Shown one piece after another: positions 13,746-25,025 of a stretch of DNA of 64,000 nt. The DNA comes from Callorhinchus milii (Eukaryota). The notes beneath the pieces are model-generated. The model was not told the origin of the DNA. It saw only the letters and a program-made list of their open reading frames with translations, and made no database searches. The position numbers and the translations under genes are program-made. Location: positions 79,610,001 through 79,674,000 of the forward strand of contig NW_024704742.1 of NCBI RefSeq assembly GCF_018977255.1. Direction: 5' to 3'. Each line of letters begins with the position of its first letter. Position 1 is the stretch's first letter.

Positions 13746-14708
13746 TAATGCAGAACACAGGAACTATTGGGGTAATACAATGGGTATGGAGCTAAGCATG
13801 GTGCAGAGCACCAGCTAACTGGGAACTACTTGGTAACATTAATGGAAAAGAGATTTATATTAAGACTCTAGTATGCTATGTGGATAGTCACCATATGCTA
13901 CATCAACCGAATATACAGGCACAAAAACAGCAAAAATAGCACATATCTTCCTTAAGTGAACAAATATCCTGTCATGAGTTTAATAGCTGCAGCACACGCA
14001 CACTTTTCTTGACCTGTAAAGAACTGCCTGTTTTCTTAATTTGAGATTTTCTGTGCAAGTGAATCCCATGGCACTATTCAAAACAAAGAAGCAGTCTCTC
14101 CCGACATCCTGGACAACAAAACTTGAGCTAAAATTGGTCATTCACTTTATTGTTGTTTCTGGGACATTACTGTGTTCAAATTAGCTGTCTGGTTCACTTA
14201 CAAAATAACTACTTTACAAAGAACTTTGTGAAGCGCTTTTGCAATGTTGGACATTATCCCCCATAACATAATAAGCTAGAAGTTATCAATATTTGACTTA
14301 TGGACACACTTCATTTTTTTTCTGTTTCAATTCCAGCCCCGCCATGCACACACAGCCTCTGAATCAAATTGCAGGAAAGTTGCCCTGCTACCTGAATTGT
14401 GTAACTTTCAAACTTCCCACAATGACACAGAATGACAAAGTGACCCCCACACTACAAAATCCTCTCAAAATTCTTTTGAAGAGTTCTGAGTTGCAAGCTG
14501 AGGTCTCTTTTTCAAGAAGAGTAATTTGTATTTTGTGCAATGTGCAGATTTTCAGATTTCAATTTCTGAAATAGGTATTTTGCACTTCTTTGAAATGTCC
14601 TCTCAATTATTATTATAATAAAAAGCTAGTCTTTAAAAGAAGGCTGACTATGGTAAAAAGAGCCTTTCCAAGCTGATTCATGAGATATTGCTCTAACTCA
14701 GATTCTTT

Positions 14709-15005
14709 GGAGTCCTGTAGCTCAGTGGTTAGAGCACTCGCTTTGTAAGCGAGAGTCCTGAGTTCAATTCCAGGCAGAGGGCGAAACCTTGGGCAAGTTT
14801 TCTTACTCCACACAGAGCCTAATAATAATCCCTCCAAAACAATAATAAATTGGTCATTTTCAATCTACGACTGTTTGTGGGACATTGCTGTGCGCAATTG
14901 GCTGCCGCGTTCGCCCACAAATATAGTCAATTCACTTTACAGTGTGTTCTGTGAAGCGCTTTGGGACGTCCTCCCAATGTGAAAAGAGCTATATCAAATG
15001 CAAGG

Positions 15006-15038
<33 letters not shown>
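14709..15038 (+). mobile_element. tRNA-derived SINE, short subfamily
   Basis: Full head with A and B boxes, and a long (TTA)n tail. Confidence 0.92.
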
Positions 15039-16629
15039 TGGTTTGAGGAGGCAGAAGAGCCTTTGGAGATCTACATCATTGTGATCACAAATTCATAACA
15101 TGCAGATAACCAAATCATGTGTTTTCACATGATTTGTTATTGCTCCACATATAAATAAATGAAAACATTTCATTCCATGAGTGGAGGAACATCTGTGGTG
15201 TTTCTTAATGTCTGGTCCTTGTGCTAAATTTGAGTAATGATCATAATGAACACTCTAAGAATATTGCACATTTACCCCAATATATCTATTTCTGAACCTA
15301 AGGGGTCACTAATTTTGAGTTAGTAATTAAGTTGTTTAATAGATTATGATAACACCAGTTCCCTTCCTTCCTTTCTCCACCTTACTCAAAGTCTGTAAAA
15401 GCCACAATATTCCATGCCCTTGTCCATTTTATATGGTCATATATAAATAACATACTTACAACTTGGACTATTGTGTGGAAGTAAAATCAGCTTTTATTGA
15501 ATCGCTGGCTGTAACCGCCAGTTTCTATGCTCTAAAGGACGTCTGTGACAATGAACTTTGTGAGACCTAAGATGGTTACATTATTATTTTAATGAATTTT
15601 ATTTGAAACAGCAGCTCCTTCATTGTCAATATATCTAGAATCATTCATACTTAGAAAGGCTTCTATATTGCATAGGTCACATTAACTAATACAACCTACA
15701 GAAATGTTACTTAATTTTTAAATTGCTAATGCTCAGTGGTTTGGGCTTCAGTTTATGTCCTTCAAAAATATTCATTACAATGTGTTTTGTATTTAAGTTC
15801 ATATTTTTGATTTCATAATGTGTTTCTGTGGCATGGATTTGCACACTGCCTTTTTTCTTCTGGGCCCTGGTTCTAATCCAGTTAAGATGTGATGGAATAA
15901 AAGGCACCTTTTTACCTGTATGTTTTAAGAGTTCTACATGCATTGAGTTGGGGAGGACTCAATCCAGGTCCCAATGGATTTAGGTCTGAAAGCACAAAAT
16001 TACCCATCATCTAGCCCAGCATTCAGAAAGGTCAAGTGAACGGTAGAGATAGAAGACAGAAAAATCACACTGAAGTGATCGGGAGGATTGTCTGCGGTTA
16101 TGCGGGGGCGGAGGGAGGTGGGTGGAGCTTGTGGGGAGATGGGGAAGAGGGGAGGGAGGAGGGCAGGGCAAAATGGGACTCTGTTACTCAGTGTGTTCCA
16201 TGTAGTAATTTGTTAATATGGGATACGGGTCTATTCTGCTATGCTTGGAAAGTCTAGCAATTTTTTGTTTCAATGAGCTCCCTATGTTCCCCTACGTGCC
16301 GTGTATCTTATTTTTTCAGGATCAACTTAAGAGGGAAATTAAGGACATGTTTTTCTGTAACATATACAAAGCATGTTCTAAGTTAGCACCCATGTCTTGC
16401 AAAACTTTCCAGATTTGCCAGGTTTCCCCTTACTGTTTCTATTTATCCTTTTGGTCATGCTATAAAATCATCTATATCCACCTGTAGTGTTTTTTTATCG
16501 CAGGATCATTAATACAGTGAGTCTCTATTAACACCTAATTTGTAAAATCTGAGGGAAATTATAATATTGATCAATACCCTAATGTGGGACTCCAAATAAT
16601 ACATGAGAACTGTCAGTTACTTAGTGTTG

Positions 16630-17850
16630 TGACCAGGGCTTTATCTGTGATCAGGGCTCCCTCTGCCTGCTCATCCTCCTGGATCTCTCTGCCGCATTTG
16701 ACACAGTCAACCACGCCATCCTCCTTCACCGCCTCTCTTCCCTCATCCACCTTAATGGGACCACATTCAGATGGTTTGAATCCTACTTAACCAACCATCC
16801 CCACTTCTCCTTGGCAAATGGTTTATCCTCCCGACCCCACTCAGTCACTGGGGTACTCCAGGGCTCCATCTTTGGCCCTCTTCTTTTTCTCAACTATATG
16901 ATTCCTCTTAGTAATGTCATCCACAGACACTGGGTAAACTTTTACATGTATGCGAATGACATACAAATCTACTTCGCCTACACCACCATCGACTTCAGGT
17001 CTGCCGATGTTCTATCAGCTCGTCTGGCATACAACAGGGCCTGGATGAGTGTAAACTTCCTGCAGCTGAATGTGCACAAGACAGAAACAATACTCCTTGG
17101 ATAACTTCTTCACTCCTGTGGTTCTGAACTCCTTAACCTCCGTGGGCTCTCCTTCACACTCACCAGACCAATGCGCAATCTAGGCGGCTAGATTCCCCCC
17201 CTTCCCCACATCCGGTCCCTGACCAGGACAGCCTTCCTCCACCTCCGCCATATTGCCCCCCTTCAACCATACCTTACCCTAAACTCAGCTGAAATCCTCG
17301 TATTTGCGTTTGTCACCTCCCGCCTGGATTACTCAAATGCACTCCTCGCTGGTCTCCCCAGCTCCACTATTCAAAAATTCCAGCTCATTCTGAACTCTGC
17401 TGCCCGCATACTGACCCGGAACAAACTCCGTACCCACATCTCACCAGTTCTGGCCAGGCTCCACTGTTTCCCCATTACCGAATGGATCAACTTCCAGATC
17501 CTCACATTCGTGTTCAAATCCATTCACACCCTGGCACCTTCCTACCTCTCCGACCTCCTCACTCCCAATCCACCATCCTGCCCTCCACTTGACTGGCACC
17601 AGCCTCTTGCTTGTCCCTCGCACCTTCCTTTCCACCATTGGAGATCGCAATTTCAGCAAGTATGTCTGAAACTGTGGAACACTCTTCCCTCAAGCCCTTT
17701 GCCTTGCCCTCTCTCTCCCCTTTATCCAGTCCCACCTGAGAACCCTCCTTTTCGACTGTGCTTATTGTCACCTCTCCATCTCCAGCTCAGAGTCAAGCTT
17801 CGCCACTGTTAAGCGCTCTGAGATGTTATCCTGTGTGGAGGTCGCTATAT
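16630..17850 (+). mobile_element. L2-clade LINE 3' fragment (RT to tail)
   Basis: GVLQGSIFGPLLFLNYM...YANDIQIY...NFLQLNVHKTE. Confidence 0.9.
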
Positions 17851-20299
17851 AAGTGTAAGGTGTTGTGACAAAATATATTTATAATTTTGAATGGTTGCTG
17901 GATTTTATAAAGAAATGTTACTACCAATGTCTAAGGGGATTCATTTATGCAGCAGCAAGAATGGAAAAATAGACACAGATTTTGTTTTTAAGGCACAGTT
18001 TATTAACAGCTATAAAACACAAACACATGGCTCTATGCTTTACAGTCCCTGTTCAATCCTCTTTAAACAACCATATTATAGAACAGAAGCATCTGAAATG
18101 TATTTTTCAAGACATCAACAAGCTACATAGCAGTAGCTTTGAAACACATCTCATATTGTAATTGTATACGTAACCTGATTCTTTCTGTTTGCAATCTGTT
18201 GTGCTATGCTGTGCTCTCTCCCTATTTATCTATCTATCTGCTTGCCTGTATCCATGTCTTTCATAGTGCATTTAGCACCCAGTCCTACTGTCAAATCTAT
18301 TTTAATTTTGCTTTTCAATTCTCGTGGTTCAACAGCTACCCTTTAAGTGCAGATTTTACAAATTAGGCGAGAAGTGGCAGAAACTGATTTGAACTCATAA
18401 GCGGTGCTCAATTTGTGATGAAATGTTCACACATTGGATTTGACTCCACTCCTTCTACACTTTAAAATAACCAGCGGAATTCAAATTCCAATTCACACCA
18501 TGGCACAAATGTTGTGCCTTTAGAACCAGTGTAACAAGAGGCTGTACAGATTCAACTATGAAATGACTTACACTGAAAAAGGTTAACGCATCAAGTATAG
18601 CCTACTGGCAACCCCACACACTGAAGATAATGTGTTGGTTCCTCTGTGGACCTGCCTGACTGAGGTATGAGACTGGCAAGATTGCCATAGAGGCTTGACT
18701 CAATTCTAATCTTTCGTTGCTAGAATTGTCATCTTGGAGCCAATTCAGCCCCAATATGACCCTATTTACCTCCTTCTCTAAGAGGCTAACAGTAACTATA
18801 TATTTTCTTCTACCTATCTTTTTTTTCTGTCTGTGCTTCAAGAAGGATCTCAATAACTGATTGACATAAGAGTCATGATTTATACCTCATCGGAAAGGTC
18901 TTGCAACTGAGAGTGACATGGGCATATTTGTTTCAGGCATCTCCTATTATTTGAGTTATTTCAGTTTTGTATTTTTTGCTGCAGTTACACCTGGTGGCTG
19001 CCAAGTCAAAGTTGTGCTGTGGCATCCTGCAGCCCAGAGCACGCATGTAGCCAAGCAGTGGGAACAAAACAAAGAACACAGACAAAGCTAAGCCATGGCA
19101 ACAAAGACAAAATTAAATTTTTAAAGTGCCTTTCACGTCGGGAGGACGTTCCGGTGATTATAAATTATACATCTTTATTTACCATTATAAAGACAGTTAA
19201 GTGAAAATCAAAAAGGATAAGTAATGCTAGAAAAAAGAGAGAAGGACCATTAAACGAAACTCCAGAGCGAAGTCCTCCCACAAGAGTCCTCCCAGATGAG
19301 TATAAATAAAGATAAAATGTCTGTCTGTGTGTCAATCTACATTCCATATTAGATACTTGGGTTGCAAGCGAAGCTGCAATAGATACAGCTAGTGTGTGAT
19401 AATGTAAAAAGCTGAAGTCAACAATTGAGACTCCAGATCAGGATTTTTCTATTCTAATGCATTTCAGACTAGTTTCTTTCTTTAGACCCATTGTGCAGGT
19501 TGCAGTCTAAATTCTGTGATGTTTATGGGTCTAGTCTTTGTTCTGCTACTTGTTGACCTCATTCAATAAAGACTGTCCTACTTTTAAAGAGCAATACTGA
19601 AGCTATTTTATTTTACCCAGTCCAAAGGCACACAGTAATTCCATTTTGTATTAATCTATCGATTTGTGGAGATTTGAAGCCCTAAATAAATATCAACAGG
19701 GAATTTAACATTTCCTAGTCTTTGTTTCACTTTCCATTCACAGAGTAATGCATTTTCATCAACAAACAGTAGATTTGTCTGATTCCTCACTCCAAAGTAC
19801 ATTTTATTCAATTTCAGAATCCAGGGAAAGACAAATATGTGCACTTGCTAAATATAGAGATTTCACACAGCCTGCATTAATTCTACATTCAATTTCTATT
19901 AAGCGCATAAATGCAGCAAGAATAATGTGTGCTTGTGTTTATAGCCTTGAATAGCTAATTCGTAAAACACTCACTCAATGTGAATTAATGCTTTAATTTC
20001 TCACTTTTGCAGATTGAGATACATTTGGTATTTCACCTTTTTCTCAAGCCAATGTTGCCTTTGACTGTCCTGTTTTAAATAGGATATTTTCTGAATACTT
20101 GCCAGTCCATGTATATTCCGGACACATGGGACCTCAGATTAACTGCCAATCGGGGCCCACCAAATAGAATGGAGTTGCTCTAATAATTCATACCACTCTT
20201 GCTGTGGTCTGTGATATCGCAGAGGAGAGTTGAACTATTATTTTTAGTAAGGGCTTCAATAATACATGTCAAGTTTCAGAATTAAGAGATTGTTTATAA

Positions 20300-20800
20300 G
20301 ATCAGTTGTTATTTGTTGTTGTTCAGTGATGCCTGCAGAAATACTAAATTCACCAAGTTGCCAATCAGAGGTCATTGCCTTATTCATATCTATTCGTCTG
20401 AAATTATGTTGAGAACGGCTATTAAGGAGTGGTATGAAAATGTTGCAACTGGAGTATGCAAAAGTTGTGCGGGCATCAGCTTTGCTGAAAAGTGGGGGAA
20501 AAAATGACCTTACTGGTACAGATGAAATCAATAAGAAATTTCCACGCATTGTATTTGCTGGCAGTGTGAGTGAGTCCCACTTTCAGCAATATGCAGGTTT
20601 CACTAAGCCTACATCCATCCAGTAATAGGAAATCCAAGCCTTCTGTTGGCAGCTGCATAGTAAACCCCACTGCTCATGGCAGAAACGTAGACTTGATCAG
20701 GATTGCTTGAACCGTGTTAAATTTCATCCTCCTTAATAATGCAGATCTGCAGCCAGGTTTATCATCCTGTTGTGGAAAACCATCCTTTTTGAACTTGAAC
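20300..20800 (-). pseudogene. LG4/LG5 remnant, probable last exon (GCRSALLRRMKFNTVQAILIKSTFLP*AVGFTMQL...AYSSCNIFI...RRIDMNKAM)
   Basis: Acceptor catgttgcAG; long near-open frame with one stop and a frameshift. Contains the LG GC/SC motifs and a terminal D(F/M)xxA motif. Confidence 0.5.
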
Positions 20801-21134
20801 CTGCAACATGCATTTCCCCCGGAGGTTAGGTTAATGATGTGTTTTACCAATACATCCCACAATGGCTTCACAGAATATCAATGTCAAGCTATGCCGTTTT
20901 ATCTGGTTAGTTGTTGCTAGACTCCAGCGAGTGCTCTAACCACTGAACTACTGGACTCCACAGAGATCTCAATGGAGTCAAACTGAGAAAAATAAGAAAC
21001 GGGTAACATTAATATGTGCTCAGCAAGTGCTAACATCTCTAAACTCAAGTTACTTTGAACCAGATTCCAGGCTGATGAGAGGGTTGATTACTGGCCAAGC
21101 CTCTGTGTACTCACAGTGGCCATAATACTTTGTG

Positions 21135-23330
21135 CTAAACAATATTTCCATTTACATTCTTCTTGCATTTCTTCAGGCTCTCTGTGTCAAGCCAAGTCTT
21201 TTTGAAGCCATTAGTTCTGAAGCACACAAATGCTTGGCTTGAGTATTGAAAGTCGAAAGGTTTGACACAACAGATATGAGCAATTTGATAACTGTTTGTT
21301 TCCATTTTCTCATCATAATCCTCTTTAAACACTTTGACACAAGTTAATTAAGGAATATGCTACTGTCACTGAGTAAGTTGTAATAACATCACTTTGGTGT
21401 AATTGAACATCATTAGGTGTTCCGTTCACAGGCTGCAAAATAGAAAGCAGAGGAAATTAATGTCCTTGGATCTGGAAGATTTGAATCTTTGGGGAAAATG
21501 AACTGATGGCTGGCAGATGTGATTCAATGTGACTGAGTGTAAAATAATTAGTATGGGAGCTGGGAACCAAATGAAGGATTATGTGTTAAATAGAGCATTG
21601 TTACAACGTGCTGACCTAGGTATTATAGTACATAAATCGATTACACTATCAGTCCAGTACTTTGAAGCAATGCAAAATGGCCTATGAGGAACTGAGTTTC
21701 AGGAGCAGAAGGACAGAATGCAAATCACAATTATATTGGTCTTAATAATCTATTAGAAACAGAAGTCACGAATAACAGAACTTGGGACATACTATTTGGA
21801 ATTCAGTCACTATTAATCACTCGTGTTATCATTCATTACATATTGAATCCCATTTGCTGAACTACAATAAGATCAACTTGAATCTATATGAGCGCTCTCA
21901 GTATTCCGAGGGCTCCAATTATCTAAGCACTCCAAGAAGCTATCCTGCATTATATAAATGCAACTTGTTGTTGTTGCATATAGCACCCCTCACACAGAAT
22001 AGTATCATGGGGTGCTGGGAAATTGCTAGGTACTTGGCATTGGTTAGACCCCATTGAGATATTGTGAGCAGTTTTTGGTTCCCCAATCTGAGGAATGGTA
22101 TAGGACACAGAGCGAGCAACTATGTGTTAGGAAATATTAGGAATCTAAAATATGATGAAAAGTTAAGGAAGTTGAGCATGTTCTATTTAGAATAAAGACA
22201 TTGTGTGATTGCCTGATGGGGGTTCATAAGATAGAAGGAAATTGATGAGACACACAAGTAAACATTTCAATATGGTGCTGGTTTCAAAAAATTGGCAAAA
22301 GCAATTAATAATAATAATAATAAAAGTTCTTGCATTTAACATAGCATCTTATGTCATTGGAACATCTCAAAGTGCTTCAAAGGATACAACATATTTTGTG
22401 GATATTGGACATTTGGGAAGCAGAAAAGGAATCAGGAAAAGGTTTCTACTCAAATTTAAAGACTTGTGGAATTAATTAGCAGAAAATACCATTGAAGCGT
22501 GAATTGAAGGAGGAACTGGATGGGTTATTAAAAGAAATATGATTCAGTGATGCATTCAGAAAACTGGGGATGAAAGCTATGAAAAAGGACTGGCTTTCTG
22601 ATCTTAAAGGTTTTACTTAACCTAAAAAAAATACAAACATCTGTTTTCATATACTACCAAACAATTGGATTAAAATTCCACCTGTATCCAGAGTTGCTTA
22701 ATATTTGCACTGTATTTCAGAATTTGGCAAATTAGTGAATTCAGTCTTAACTTTGAAGATATTTTTCTGTAGTTCTTAAACAAACTTACAGAAAGCCATC
22801 TACAAAATTATGGGTGTAATAAAAAATGTCAAATTATGGGGTCTCTGAAGTGTTATGTTAACAGAGTAAATCTGGACTCAGGTAGAATTTTAATATAAGC
22901 TCAATGTTTTAGGTTGTTATTGAATTCTTTCAGTCCATCAGACCTTGTGAACAAGGTACATACAGTGCTGTCTCCTAACAGTGGATTTGTGAGTCCTTAT
23001 ATTGCCGGATACATTATTCAGAATCCACCATGACTTGCTCGTCCCTGTGCTGCAAAAATGCATATTTTCAAACATGATTAATCAAAACCTGCACTACTAC
23101 TGAACCTAAAGATTGCTTCAGAAACCTTGTTCCAAACACTGACAGCATGACAGATCTAAACCACTCGAAATTGAGCCGACATTTAATTTGTTTTATCATC
23201 ATAATATTCAATCGAGGATTTGGCAGAAGTTAATTAACGAATGTGTTCTGTGTAACGAATGAGCTCTTGAAGATCACATTTTGCTATAATTGAAAATCAT
23301 TTACACTTCCATTCCCAAACTTCCAGCTGA
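21135..23330 (-). pseudogene. LG4 exon remnants (about 23050-23326 and 21135-21332)
   Basis: WKFGNGSVNDFQL*QNVIFKSSF...IR*LTSAKSSIEYY (cf. LAMA3 LQFGDIPTSHLLFKLPQELLKPRSQF). VFKEDYDEKM...FDFQYSSQAFV (cf. VFGHDGEKG...ISIRAPVYL). Weak, by-eye matches. Confidence 0.4.
21470..22600 (+). mobile_element. Degraded CR1 fragment; further CR1 pieces at about 27680-27930 (-), 28160-28630 (+), 41970-42320 (-), 47280-47430 (-) and 54340-54610 (-)
   Basis: tggcagatgtgattcaatgtg (WQM.FNV) and ttggttagacccca..gagatattgtgagcagttttgg (LVRP.LEYC.QFW) remnants. Confidence 0.7.
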
Positions 23331-23539
23331 TTTGTGGAAATAATTACCTTGGAGTAATAACACCAACAACATTTCATTGGAAATAGTGCCTTTCACGTCA
23401 GGAGGACGTCCCATGGTGCTGGACAGACAGAGTTTCGGACCCGAGCTGGGAGTTGGGATCGGGAGGGTGGAGGCAGGTGGGGAAGCAGGGTGACCAAAAG
23501 CGCTGTTGAAGTGGAAGTTTTTGAGATAGCTGCGATTGC

Positions 23540-24060
23540 GTGTCTCTTTGTGTCTATGAGTGCATGTTTGTGTTTCTCTCTGAGAATGTCTCTCTGTGTC
23601 TGTGAGTGTGTGTCTCTGTGTCTGAGTGTGTGACTCTCTGTTTGTGAGTGTGTGTTTCTAAGTGTCTATGAGTGTGAGTCTCTTTGTGTCTATGAGCGTG
23701 AGTATGTGGCTCTTTGTGTCTATGTGTGTGTGTGTGTGTGTCTCTCTCTGAGAATGTCTCTCTGTGTCTGTGAGTGTTTGTCTCTCTGTGTCTGAATGTG
23801 CATGTCTTTCTGTCTGGAGCGTGTGTCGCTCCGTGTATGAGAGCGCGTGTCTCTCTGTCTATGAGTGTGTGTTTCTTTGTGTTTATGAGTGTGTGAGTGT
23901 GTGTGTCTTGCTCTCTCTGAGAATGTCTCTCTGTGAGTGTATGAACCTGAGTGTACGAATCTCTCTCTGTGTCTGTGAGTGTGTGTGTCTCACTTTGTGT
24001 CTATGAGTGTGTGTGTCTCTCCGTGTCTATGAGCGTGTCTGACTTGCATTGTGTCTGTAT
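23540..24060. repeat. Compound (TG)/(TC) microsatellite-minisatellite, resuming at 25025-25080
   Basis: Repeated units such as tgtctatgagtgtgtgt and ctctctgagaatgtctctctg. Confidence 0.9.
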
Positions 24061-25025
24061 CTTCCGCAGACACAGGGTAAACTTCCACATGCATGCGGAT
24101 GACACACAAATCTACTTTGCCTCCCCCAGTATCGACTCCAGGCCATCCTATGTTCTATCAGCTTGTCTGGCGGACATCAAGGTCTCGATGAGCGCAAGCT
24201 TCCTGCAGCTGAATATGGACATGATGGAAGCCATACTCCTTGGCTCCGTTAATGTCTTCACTCCTGCAAAACTGAACTCCTCCCTGGGCTCTCCCTCAGA
24301 CTCACCAAACCAGTGCGCAATCTAGGTGGCCAGTTCGATCCCCAGCTGTCCTTCCTTCCCCACATCCAGTGCCTGACCAGGACCGCCTTACTCTACTCCC
24401 TCATATTGGCCACCTCTGACTGTACTGTACTCCATGTGCAGCCAAAACTCTTATGCATGCATTTGTCATCTCCCGCCTGGATTACTCAAACACTCCTCGC
24501 CGGTCTCCCCAGCTCCACTATTCAAAAAATCCAGCTCATTCAGAACTCTGCTGCTCACATACTGACCTGGACCAAACTCCATACCCCCATCTCACGAGTT
24601 CTGACCAGGCTCCACTGGCTCCCCATCACTGAACGGATCAACTTCAACATCCTCACACTCATGTTCAAATGCCTTCACTCCCTGGTACCTCCCTACCTCT
24701 GCGACCTCCTCACTCCCTAATCCATCATCCGGCAACTCCAATCAACTGGCACCGGCCTCCTGCTTGTCCCTCACACCCTCCACCCGACCAATGAAGGTTG
24801 CACATTCAGCCACTACGCCCCAAAACACAGGAACACTCTCCCTCAATCCCTGTCACCTTTTTCAAGTCCTGCTTGAAAATCTTCCTATTTGACCATGCTT
24901 ATGGTCACCTCCCGCAGCCCAACCCTCACTCCCCACTCCCTCACCCCTGACTCGGAGTCAGGCTCCGCCACTGTTAAGCACCCTGACACGCTATCCTGAG
25001 TGGAGGGCGCTATGTAAGTGCAAGT
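24060..25025 (+). mobile_element. L2-clade LINE 3' fragment
   Basis: FHMHADDTQIYF, IQLIQNSAAHIL, LHWLPITERINF. Confidence 0.9.

Noticed and set aside
14709..14780. tRNA-like sequences with A and B boxes (several copies)
   Set aside because: They are SINE heads continuing into a common body and (TTA)n tail, not tRNA genes.
18602..18853. Minus ORF ending SVWGCQ*, resembling a laminin-alpha C-terminus
   Set aside because: The nucleotide sequence matches the unclassified repeat at 9516-9640 (gctgaattggctccaag...caggcag.tccacag), so the resemblance is fortuitous.
4073..20300. LINGO2 nested inside an intron of the laminin-like gene
   Set aside because: The LG5-like remnant ends near 20.3 kb and no further laminin exons were found to the left, so the genes are convergent rather than nested.
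23764..24006. Cys/Val/Ser-rich ORFs
   Set aside because: Translations of a TG/TC microsatellite.
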